This document shows positions 24,284-34,254 of a stretch of 64,000 nucleotides of DNA, one piece after another. How positions within the stretch are numbered: position 1 is the stretch's first letter; every line of letters begins with the position of its first letter. Location of the stretch: positions 558,001 through 622,000 of the forward strand of contig MU008184.1 in assembly GCA_010909165.1 (NCBI GenBank), read 5' to 3'. Position numbers and translations under genes: made by a program. Under the pieces are notes generated by a model that was given only the letters and a program-made list of their open reading frames with translations, was not told the DNA's origin and ran no database searches. The DNA comes from Anthoceros angustus (Eukaryota > Plantae > Anthocerotophyta).

Positions 24284-24991
24284 ATGGCGGGGTCGGGATC
24301 CATGTACCATGGTCATGCATGTCGGCTGGCGCTGGGGGCGCTGAGCCTGGCCGCAGCGGCGATGTCGCTGGTGGCGGGCAGCGACCCGGACATCCTGACC
24401 GACTTCGTGGCGCCTCCGGGAGTCGAGCCCGCGTCGCTCAACGGGAGCTTCTTCGTGTTCAGGGGCCTCCGTCACGCCATCAACGCGTCGCAGCCCAAAT
24501 TCGGCGCTTCCAAGGTGTCGGAGATCCAGTTCCCGGCCCTGACGGGGCTGGGAGTGTCCACGGCGCTGCTGGAGTACCCGCCGCACACGCTGAACCCGCC
24601 GCACACTCACCCCCGCGCCACCGAGGTGCTGTACGTGATCGAAGGCAGTCTGCGGGTGGGGTTCGTGGACACCAACAACAAGCTGTTCCACGAGAACCTG
24701 GCGGCTGGCGATGTGTTCGCCTTCCCCAAGGGCCTGCTGCACTTCCAATACAACCCCGGCACCGTCCGCGCCATCGCGTACGCCGCCTTCGGCAGCGCCA
24801 ACCCCGGGACCCTCAGCGCGCCCTCCGCCCTCTTCGGATCCGGCATCGCTGACGTCGTCTTGACCAAGGCCTTCAAGGTGTCGGCCGACATCGTGCACCA
24901 GCTGGAAGCTCCGTTCCAGCCCAGCCCTCCGCCGGCGCCTCCCGCTTTCGTTCCCGCTCCTGCTCCGACCCTTTTCATTGCTCCCCTCTAG
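24284..24991 (+). CDS. GLP: Germin-like protein copy 4 (intact cupin, secreted, Pro/Ala-rich tail)
   Basis: 235-aa intronless ORF with signal peptide, SDPDILTDF, NPPHTHPRATE and FPKGLLHFQYN (H-H-E-H metal ligands), ending in tail PSPPPAPPAFVPAPAP. Confidence 0.92.
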   Translation: MAGSGSMYHGHACRLALGALSLAAAAMSLVAGSDPDILTDFVAPPGVEPASLNGSFFVFRGLRHAINASQPKFGASKVSEIQFPALTGLGVSTALLEYPPHTLNPPHTHPRATEVLYVIEGSLRVGFVDTNNKLFHENLAAGDVFAFPKGLLHFQYNPGTVRAIAYAAFGSANPGTLSAPSALFGSGIADVVLTKAFKVSADIVHQLEAPFQPSPPPAPPAFVPAPAPTLFIAPL

Positions 24992-25781
24992 ATCTCCTCT
25001 CCTCCATAATTCTTCCGGTCAGGCCTAGCCTCCCTGCGCCAGGTCCGGGACGAGGGACGAGTCTTTATATTCTTGCATGCGTTCATCGGTACATTTGCTC
25101 AGTTGCTGCCTGGAGAGCTGGTGATGAGTCGTGCAGTTACTGGCTAGACACCTAATACAGCATTGGCAGGCACCACACTGTAACTTATGCTTTGGATATT
25201 TGATGAGGAATAAAGCATGCCAGATACGAATCTGAATTCATTCTAGATATGGAGTTGAGACTTGTGCTGTGATGCGTCGGCCACTTATGTATGCAATCTG
25301 CAAGTCCCTGTCAGAATGACCTGCAGCAAATATCGCACTGCCAGATATTGCTCTCGTGTTTCTTGGTTGGCATTGCATTTCGGACTTGACATCAGCAACA
25401 TCCAACGATCCAATGGCAGCCATGGCTTTTCGACACACAACTACATATCTCTCATCCTCCGTTTCCGTACTTACAGCCTGCACTGTCCTTTCGGATGGGC
25501 TCAGTGCCGAGCCAACGGTGGCCTATCGGATGTTAGCCACGGCCCACAGCACAGGCAGATAGATGCCCCCAAGCTCAAAAGTGCCCTGCACTGCAGCAGC
25601 AGCACACGGGTATTGATCACACAATGTGAAAACAAGTTCCCGTTTCCGTTTGCGACCAAATCGTGATTTGGTTGTCAAGAAAAAATATCCTCGGGCTGAC
25701 GGGCCTCAGATTGTTTGTACAAAAGATACGAGCTGCAAACAAATCAGACAGCAGCAGCTATACCCTATGGCTATGCTACGC

Positions 25782-27059
25782 TTAGGCAGCCTTGGCCTTC
25801 TTGCTACCAGCAGAAGCCTGCGAGTAGAGGAAGGTGCCCAAAATGGCTATTGCAGAGCCGACAGCATTCAGCGGCCTGATGGGATTCCTGAAGGCAATGA
25901 CAGTGGCAATTATAACCACCACCCTCTTCATGGTGTTGCCAACCGAGAAAGTGAGAGGGCTGATCCCACCCAGAGCCTGGTAAGAGGACTGGTTGTAGAG
26001 GTGGTAAAATACTCCCGACAGCCCCACCCAAAGCAGGAAGGTGTTGTCGCTCCCCACAGCCGCCACCGCCTGCTTGTAGCCCGCGCCCCACTGCGCCCCC
26101 TCCAAAATCACAGCCGCAGGAGCCAGGTAGACTATCGACAAAATGCTGATCCACCCGTACAAATTGATGCCGTCGAACTGCTTGAAATTCTTGAGGCTCC
26201 TCTTGGAGTAAATGTTGCGCAGCACGAATCCGAAGTTGGAAATCATGGCCCCCCAGAATCCCCCAAAATTGAAGGAAAGCTCGGTGACCGCGGCCAGCCC
26301 GCACCCGAACATGATGGGCAAGAGAGACAGCCACACCAAGAGCGGGTACGACTCCCCCAACACGGACGAGAACATCACCGAGAACACAGGCTCCGCCGAC
26401 TTGATGATGTGCGTGAAGGAGACAGCCACCTTGGAGAAGGAGACGCAGGCAGCAATATGGCCCACGGTGTGAAAAAACGCCGGCAGCAGCAGCGCCCGGA
26501 TGAATTCCCCGGAGACCGGCGGGCAGGGCTGCAGCCTGAGCCCCCACAGCCCCAGCATCCACACCGCCCCCGCCACCAGCTGGAAGGTGGCCAAGAACCA
26601 GGGGTACGGGAACACGTTCAGCGCCTTCTTGTTGTAGATGTTGAAGATGACATTGTAGAGGTACCACAGCCCAAAGTAGGTCCCCAGCTGCACCGTGGTG
26701 AGCTTGGTGTCATCCCCGCCCCGCCGCCCCGTCCGCGCTCTGCGCGGCCGCCGCCGAGGCCCTCCACTGCCGCCGCCCCTTCCCGGAAAACCTTCCCCCG
26801 CCGCCGGCAACACCACACTCGCTCTCCTCCCAAACATCCCCGAGCCCGAGCCTCCTCCCCCGCCGCTGCCGAAAGCGGAAATCCGAGCTGCCGCTGCCAA
26901 AGGCGCGGGCAGCTGCCCGGCCGACGAGCATGGCAGCAGCCTCCGCCTCCCGGCTCCTCCCAGAAATTCCGACCACGAGGACTGCCTCTGCCTCGGCCTC
27001 AGCCCCGAGCCCGCACTGGCGCTGGCACTGGCAGCCGCACAGCCCGCTGCCGCCGCCAT
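25782..27059 (-). CDS. XPT: Plastid xylulose-5-phosphate/phosphate translocator (pPT family), intronless, 425 aa
   Basis: Transit peptide, then YFGLWYLYNVIFNIYNKKALNVFPYPW, FHTVGHIAACVSFSKVAVSFTHIIKSAEPVFSV and YHLYNQSSYQAL..ISPLTFSVGNTMKRVVVI. The motif variants and lack of introns match XPT. Confidence 0.9.
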   Translation of the reverse strand: MAAAAGCAAASASASAGSGLRPRQRQSSWSEFLGGAGRRRLLPCSSAGQLPAPLAAAARISAFGSGGGGGSGSGMFGRRASVVLPAAGEGFPGRGGGSGGPRRRPRRARTGRRGGDDTKLTTVQLGTYFGLWYLYNVIFNIYNKKALNVFPYPWFLATFQLVAGAVWMLGLWGLRLQPCPPVSGEFIRALLLPAFFHTVGHIAACVSFSKVAVSFTHIIKSAEPVFSVMFSSVLGESYPLLVWLSLLPIMFGCGLAAVTELSFNFGGFWGAMISNFGFVLRNIYSKRSLKNFKQFDGINLYGWISILSIVYLAPAAVILEGAQWGAGYKQAVAAVGSDNTFLLWVGLSGVFYHLYNQSSYQALGGISPLTFSVGNTMKRVVVIIATVIAFRNPIRPLNAVGSAIAILGTFLYSQASAGSKKAKAA

Positions 27060-27651
27060 CGTTGCCGTCGCTGTGAAGTTCGAGCAGGCAAGAAAACGCT
27101 GGATGGAGAAATGGGAACAAGAATTGCCGCTGCAATCAGAGCGGGCCGCGGGAGCGCGGCAGGAGCGAATGACAATGCATGCAGGATGCAGGCGCGGATG
27201 CGATGCAGCTGGAGGGCAGCGGGAGCGGGAGGGGACAAGACAGCACGCACGCACGGACGGACGCACGCTCCGCTCACGCTCGTTTCCTCTCTTCACGACC
27301 GGAATGCCAATGCCGGGCCACGGACAGCCGACGCGTGCGCAGTTGCCAGCGAGTCGGACCGCGACACGTCTCGACCGGGGGGAGTCGAGACTGGCGCCTT
27401 GGGCTCCGCTTCTATTTATCTCCAGATAAGAGAGGGGAGGCGGCACCGGCGACCCTGCTGTCGCGGTAAGGTGAACTTGCAACTGCAGGATAAGGGTTTT
27501 TGTGAGGTCCAGCCCGCTGGGCGTGGCTGGACGCAGGACGGCCTACTGCGAGCTGACAAAGCCTCTTTGCTGCCGCGGAAAATGGGGCTGGTGGTGTATG
27601 TATGGAGCTCAGAGCTTGCCTGATAAGCAGCCATGGGCTGATGATCCAGAC

Positions 27652-30027
27652 ATGAGGGCAGCGGCTCCTGGCATGGCTGGCTTGGCCTGTCCCGGTCTCA
27701 GTCCCATGCCCAGGCCCGGGCCTACTGTGGGCTGTAAGCGTGCCACTGTCCTGCTTCTCCGGCCCGGCAGGAACAGGATCGTGGTTTCCCCGGCCTACAG
27801 GATTAGGATCGTGCAGGCCCAGGCCAGCAGGAACAGTCCGGCTGGGAGGGAAACCTTGAGCAGGGGTCCCGTTTCTGCTCCCCCTTTGCTGGAGCCGGAG
27901 CCGGACCCCGAGCCCGCGGACAGGGGCGTTGATAGGCCTGCTGCTCCCGGGCCAGGAGGGCAGGTGCCCTGGTTTGTGATTTTGGGGAGGAAGGTTTCGA
28001 GGCAGCTGTCTTCGTTCCCGCTGGCTATCGGGGAGCTCTTCGTCGTCGGATTTCTTTCAGCCATTGGTTAGTGGCAGTGAATTGGCATTGGCATTCTTCT
28101 CCTGGCCTGGCTTGTTCTCATGCCTTGGGTTGGATTTGGCAGGGACGCTCATCGAGCAAGGGGAGTCGGCTCAGTACTACCTGCAGGAGTATACGGAGGA
28201 TAACCGGGCGTTCGGTTTCCTGACGGGGGAATGGGTGCTGAATTTGAGCCTGGACCACATCTACTCTGCGCCTTACTTTCTGGCGGTCCTCGCACTCTTG
28301 GCTTCGTCACTGGCTGCCTGTTCCATAACTCGCCAATGGCCCCTGGTCAAAGTCGCTCGCAGGTGACCTAGGTTGTGACCGATTGTAGCTCATGTCACGC
28401 ATTTTCATTTTCCCGCGCCAGTATGTGTTTAGAGGGTCTGGCCCACTTACAGCATGGGCTTGCGCTTCTGTTTGTGCTCAGATGGCGATTCATGACGTCC
28501 GGGGAAGCCATCATGAAGATGGATGTGGCGGATACTCTGCCAAGAGCTCGCCTGTCTAATCTTGCAACTTTGCTCACGGCACAGGGCTACCAGGTGCGCA
28601 GACCAGTGATTGCCGCGTAGCACACTTCCTCTAACTCTTGGAGGCTTCATGCTCATGCTCCTGAGTCCCTTATGTCCTGCAGGTTTTTGTGAGGGGACCT
28701 GCTATGTACGCATTCAAAGGTCTTGCTGGCAGGTTCGCGCCCATCGGAGTGCACATAGCCATGCTGCTCATTATGGCTGGTGCTACGGTCAGTGCCATAG
28801 GAGCCTATCATGGGAGTGTCTTGATCCCTCAGGGCCTGGATCTGTCAATAGGGGAGGCATTGCAACCCAGTGGCATTTTATCCCTGCCTTCATCAGTCAT
28901 GAACCTGCACATACATGTGAACAAGTTTGCTATCGAGTACCGTCCCACAGGGGAGGTACGCTTCGTCTCTCTTGTATCATGTTATGTGCATCAGGCGGCA
29001 TCGTAATCAGTCTGACCCCTTTCTTGCCATGCAGGTGCTGCAGTTCCGGTCTGATCTCTCACTCAGAGATTTTAGAGAAAATGAAAGGTTCCAGAAGGTG
29101 ATTAGCGTGAACAACCCTCTTAGATACCAGGGACTTACAATCTATCAGACAGATTGGGCGATTGCAGCCACCACGGTTCGAGTTGATGGATCAGAGCCTT
29201 TCAACTTAGTCATGGCCCAGTTGCAACGGTCGGGGGACACGAAGCTTTTCGGGACGTTTCTCCCTCTCGGAGATGACGGTCTAGATAAGGCGAAGGGCAT
29301 GTAAGTGCATTCTGTTGGTTTCCCTCTTGACGTAGGATTTTCAGGTTTGTTTTACATCTTCTGCCTGACTGACCTGGACTTCAGTCACTCAACTCCTGCT
29401 TTTTGTAGTAACAGATGTCATTTCGATCATGTCTTTCTGGTGGGTGCAGTTCTCTTCTGGCACGTGATTTACAGTCAATAGTGATTTATGATCAGGAAGG
29501 AACATTCGTAGGTGTCAGGCGTCCTGGGTCGAACAAGCCCATCGTTGTCAATGGTGTCAGCATTACAATAGATGACGTCATTGGCACTACCGGTCTTGAG
29601 CTCAAGGTCTGCCCTGTGCTCTGCCCTTTTGCTGCACACTTTGTCTACCTTGCAACTTGTTGACCTTCATAGTTCAGCCCACAACTATTGCCCCGTGTCG
29701 TGCTTTGCAGATGGATCCTGGTGTTCCTGTTGTCTATGCAGGCTTCGGACTCCTCATGCTTACAACAATAATCAGCTACTTCTCGCACTCCCAAGTAGGT
29801 TTCAATTCTCATGAAGCCTTTCTTGTGGTCTGTCTCCTCGCAACCAACACCCGATAAGCTCTGCTGACCGGCGAGATTGGTGCGTGCTGTTTTTTCAGGT
29901 GTGGGCCTTTCAAGAAGGCAGCGATGTTGTGGTGGGAGGGAAAACTAATCGTGCCAAGTTAGAGTTCCAAAACCAGTTGAACAACGTGTGTGACCAGGTA
30001 CCGGAGCTGATTGCTCGGGGAGATTGA
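27652..30027 (+). CDS. CCS1: Cytochrome c biogenesis protein CCS1 (ResB family), chloroplast, multi-exon
   Basis: [16 protein letters not shown]|[33 protein letters not shown]|[66 protein letters not shown] and GGKTNRAK. Start codon is approximate. Confidence 0.92.
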
Positions 30028-30226
30028 CGGTGGGTTATTTGCCTGCTGAAAATGTCTGCTGCAACACATGTGCATATAATACAAGCTTAAGGTGGTCTTA
30101 CATCAACGGATACCCATTTTCGACCTGGTTGGTCTCCATGACGGAGGCAAGCCCACTTCACTGACTAAAACCTTTAGGATGTCCTAGTTGCGTATCTTTA
30201 CAGCTCTGCAATCGAGATCTGCAGCT

Positions 30227-33043
30227 TTACAAGGACGAGTCCGCATGTAGCATGTGCTTTTCACTCTTGATGTCCAGAAATAGCTGTTGCAACCTGGCGT
30301 ATATACCGTCGCTCTCGGGATGCTTCCTGTCCCCGATGATGAAACCATGCACGAGTCCATCCATGTCTGTCCACCAGCTCTGACCTGGCTGCTTCCACGC
30401 TCCAATTTCGGTTCTCCTTGCTTGCACCTCCTGCGCCTCCTCCCACATCTGGGCACTGAGATATATGTTCGACATGGACACATATGCTGAGGCATCTTTC
30501 TCATCTAGCTTCACCGCCTCATCGAAAGCATAGCGTCCCACTTCTACTTTGCACCACTTCTGACAAGCACCCAGCAAAGCGTGCCATACATCAGGAGGCT
30601 GTACAGGCATGGTCTTCACCACTGCTAGCGCCTCCTGAAGCTGCCCTGCACGACCCAAGAGATCCACCATGCACGTGTAGTGCTCCACAGTAGGAGTGAT
30701 GCCATAGTCTGTGCGCATGGCCTCAAAGTACTCGTGTCCCTTGTCCACAAGACCCGCATGACTGCATACAGTTAGTAAACTCAGGAATGTGACGCCGTCT
30801 GGCAGTATTTCATCTTCCCTCATTCTGTGCACCAAGTCGAAGACACCTTCGGTATCTCCTTGCCGGCTGTATCCTGCAATCAGTGCATTCCAGGCAATCA
30901 CGTCTCTTTGAGGCAATGCATCGAACACTTCCTGCGCATCAGCCATGCTCCCGCACTTTGCATACATGTTGATCAAACTCCTGGCTACAGTCAGATCAGC
31001 TTGGAGCGCTTGATCTCCAATCAGCGCATGAAGCTGCCTTCCCGCATGCAAAGCTGCCACACTTGCACATGCTTGTAGGACGCACACAAAAGTCACAGAA
31101 TTGGGTGTAACGAGTCCCTCTTCTTTCATAGCACTGTACAGATGGAGGGCTTCCTGACCCATCCCCTGCTGGGAATATCCTGCTATCAAAGTGGTCCATG
31201 TCACCACATCTCTGTGAGCTTGTTCGTCAAACACAATGTGGGCATCCTCTAGACTGCCACACTTTGCATACATATTTATCAAATTGTTTCCGACAGTCAC
31301 ATCAATCTGAAGCCCTCGTCCTTTAATCTGCGAATGAATCTGCCTTCCCTTGTCCAAAGCCGAAGAACCCACACTCGCACACGCCTGCAGCAGGCACACA
31401 AATGTCACAGAATCGGGTGCAACAAGGCCTTCTTGTTCCATAGCACTGCATAGATGAAGAGCTTCCCGACCCATGCCCTGCTGGGAGTAACCTGCTATGA
31501 GAGCAGTCCACGACACTACATCCTTTTGACCAAGTTCGTTAAATATGCTCTGGGCATCCTCTAGGCTCCCACACTTTGCATACATGTTGATCAAATTGTT
31601 TCCTACATTCACGTCCACTTGAAGTCCTCGCTCTTGAATCTCTGCATGAAGCTGCTTTCCAGTTTCCAAAGCCAGGGTGCCCACACTTGCACATGCCTGC
31701 AGGAGGCATATGTATGTCACAGAATCTGGTGCGGCGATGCCTTCCTCTTGCATAGCATTGTAAAGACCAAGGGCTTCTAGACCCATGCCCTGCTGAGCAT
31801 ATCCTGCTATCAGAGCGGTCCAAGTCACCACGTTCTTTTCACCGAGTCTGTCAAACACGACCTGAGCATCCTTTAAGCTGCCACACTTTGAGTACATGTT
31901 GACCAGGCTACAACCTACAACCATATCAGCCTGAAGTCCTTGTTGCCGAATCTGCGCATGAAGTTGCTTCCCCTTCTCCAAAGCCAGGGCACCCAGACTT
32001 GCACATGCTTGCAGAAGGCACACAAATGTCACAGAATCAGGTGCAGCCGTCCCTTCTTGTTTCATAGCACTGTAGAGATGAAGGGCTTCCCTACCCATGC
32101 CCTGCTGGGAGTACCCTGCTATCATGGCATTCCATGTCACCACATCTTTTCGAGCAAGACTATCAAACACTCTTTGAGCGACTTCTAAGCAGCCACACTT
32201 TGCATACATATACACCAAGGAGTTACCAACAAACAAGTCAGATTTAGCCCCACTGGCCAGCACATCAGCATGAACCTGCTTCCCAGTTTGCAAATCTGCT
32301 CCCCTGGCACAAGCTTGTAGAGCTGCTACAAAAACATGGCCATCTGGCTTCACGCTCGACCTGCGCATCTGATAATACAATTGTATGGCCTGCTTAGCTT
32401 GTCCGTGTTTGACATGCCCAGAAATTATGGCCGACCACGTGAAGGCATCTGGTTTGGAAACCAAGGTGAACACATCCATCGCTTCTTGCATCCTGGCATG
32501 AGAAACATACATTCGCAAGATATGGTTGCACAAAATCGTGTCCGACTCATACCCCGTTTCTACTGCTAGGCCATGAACACGGCGACCCAGGGCCAGATCC
32601 TTCTTGAGACCACATAGTTTCTGGACAGCATAGAATAGAGATACAGGAATCGGATAACCAGTCTCCACCAGCACCTGCAGAGCCTCAACAGCCTCAGCAA
32701 CCCGCCCCTCCTGACATAGTTTGCCCACGGTTTCAGCGGTGACGCTCCTGTCGCCTCCTAATGGCATCCCAGGGACAGGCGGCTGGCTCCATGTGGATGT
32801 ACGTTTCCCACCACCCATCCGAGTATCCAGACCTTCTGTTGGCCGGGCTGGGTTCCTTGCAAGGCTACTGCATCTTGCGGCTTCGTTGTTTTGCAATGGC
32901 AGAAATTCTAAATCCACGTGCGCGGGAGCTCTCCCTACAGATCCTGTCAATCCACCAATTTGTTGGGTGCAGAGAAAATGGTCCAGTTGGCCTCTGCATG
33001 AATCTAGTGCAACTCCCCACCCAGCCATGTCTCCCAGGAGCAT
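30227..33043 (-). CDS. PLS-class PPR protein (E/E+, no DYW), organellar RNA-editing factor type
   Basis: Intronless 938-aa ORF with P-L-S triplets (5 xxKCG S motifs), E1/E2 (WHALLGAC, ASAYVSMSNIY) and E+ KQPGQSWW...HPESDGIY. It stops before a DYW domain. Start is uncertain. Confidence 0.93.
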   Translation of the reverse strand: MLLGDMAGWGVALDSCRGQLDHFLCTQQIGGLTGSVGRAPAHVDLEFLPLQNNEAARCSSLARNPARPTEGLDTRMGGGKRTSTWSQPPVPGMPLGGDRSVTAETVGKLCQEGRVAEAVEALQVLVETGYPIPVSLFYAVQKLCGLKKDLALGRRVHGLAVETGYESDTILCNHILRMYVSHARMQEAMDVFTLVSKPDAFTWSAIISGHVKHGQAKQAIQLYYQMRRSSVKPDGHVFVAALQACARGADLQTGKQVHADVLASGAKSDLFVGNSLVYMYAKCGCLEVAQRVFDSLARKDVVTWNAMIAGYSQQGMGREALHLYSAMKQEGTAAPDSVTFVCLLQACASLGALALEKGKQLHAQIRQQGLQADMVVGCSLVNMYSKCGSLKDAQVVFDRLGEKNVVTWTALIAGYAQQGMGLEALGLYNAMQEEGIAAPDSVTYICLLQACASVGTLALETGKQLHAEIQERGLQVDVNVGNNLINMYAKCGSLEDAQSIFNELGQKDVVSWTALIAGYSQQGMGREALHLCSAMEQEGLVAPDSVTFVCLLQACASVGSSALDKGRQIHSQIKGRGLQIDVTVGNNLINMYAKCGSLEDAHIVFDEQAHRDVVTWTTLIAGYSQQGMGQEALHLYSAMKEEGLVTPNSVTFVCVLQACASVAALHAGRQLHALIGDQALQADLTVARSLINMYAKCGSMADAQEVFDALPQRDVIAWNALIAGYSRQGDTEGVFDLVHRMREDEILPDGVTFLSLLTVCSHAGLVDKGHEYFEAMRTDYGITPTVEHYTCMVDLLGRAGQLQEALAVVKTMPVQPPDVWHALLGACQKWCKVEVGRYAFDEAVKLDEKDASAYVSMSNIYLSAQMWEEAQEVQARRTEIGAWKQPGQSWWTDMDGLVHGFIIGDRKHPESDGIYARLQQLFLDIKSEKHMLHADSSL

Positions 33044-34254
33044 GCTCTAACCCCTGTCAAGTCAACAGAAGCTTTACTGCCATCCGCCAGCAGGGACAAG
33101 CTCCTCGCATTGTTCGTATCTCCTTATCCACAGTCCACATCGAAATGCGCTAGCAGATGATTCCTGCCTCCGCAATCATGGACTTGGGAATTCCCAGGTG
33201 CAAATCCATAGTGACCGGTGCTCTGCAGGCTTGGAACTCCAGTGTGGCTTTCCCTGGACACCACTTCGTGGCAACCCATTTGAAGGAACTGGAAGCTCCA
33301 GCATTGGTCTGCACACATGTTGCAAAGATAGCATTTCTGAGCGGCCGGTCAGCCCCTCTACTCTCACCTGCTCAATGCTTCCAAAGTTGCTTGACAGTGA
33401 GTACTCGAAGAACCGTGGTCATACAAGGCTCTTCGGCTGAAACTAGGATTTTTGAAGAAGCCATTGAGCTGAAAGTTGCTGATGGGCAAAGTGCATGTTT
33501 CGGCCCCCACAGTCTATTCTTTGTACGAGGAATCGTATGAGACTGCTTCGTGCTGCTGCTGTGCGACCCGGCTCTTTGTACCTTCCATGTGACAGGTGCA
33601 GTATAATGAGTTCTTCAAGTAGCAGAGGAAACAGGGAACAGGACGGGAATTGCACGCAAACTACACTAGCTCGATTGCCAGGGCTATGACAAGCAAACCT
33701 GGGCCAGCTCCTACGTCCACCAAGTCCTCCAGAGGCTGCCAGACTTGCAAACTCCATACACAGAGTGGCACAAGAGGAACCCAAGAAACGTAACGAAATC
33801 GTATTACCCGTTAAAAGGGTAGATCTTCGGCTGTATTGACCAAAGAGTGTTCGGAGTGTAAGCTCTCTGGCTGTCGCTGTCGGCTTAAGAAATTGAGTTA
33901 TCTAACAGCCCTGGACAACCGACACTGTGCCATCAAATTTGAACATTGTCAGGGAACTTGTTTGGGTCATGAAATCTTCTTTCTGCTTGCTGCTGTGCTT
34001 ACCAGACTTGTATACATTTGCAGCCGCAGATGACCAGAGGCTATTTAGTTGTCTGCAGCTGGTTGAGGAGCCCTTCACGAGGGTGACACCAGGTGCGAAC
34101 AAAAAATGAAGAACTGCAGGACACTGGAGGTTTCTTAAATGTTGTTAAAGTCTCGTCATATGATTAGATATCTTGAATGTCCATATGTGGCACAAATTTC
34201 TCCTCGTTTGCTGTTCGGGCATGGCACAATACCTTCACTCTTGGAATGCAGTTT

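Noticed and set aside
27060-27482. 141-aa N-terminal extension of XPT in the ORF track
   Set aside because: The upstream ATG lies in the divergent promoter region; MAAAAG at 27059 starts a typical transit peptide.
25626-27623. 665-aa plus-strand ORF
   Set aside because: Antisense shadow of GC-rich XPT coding sequence.
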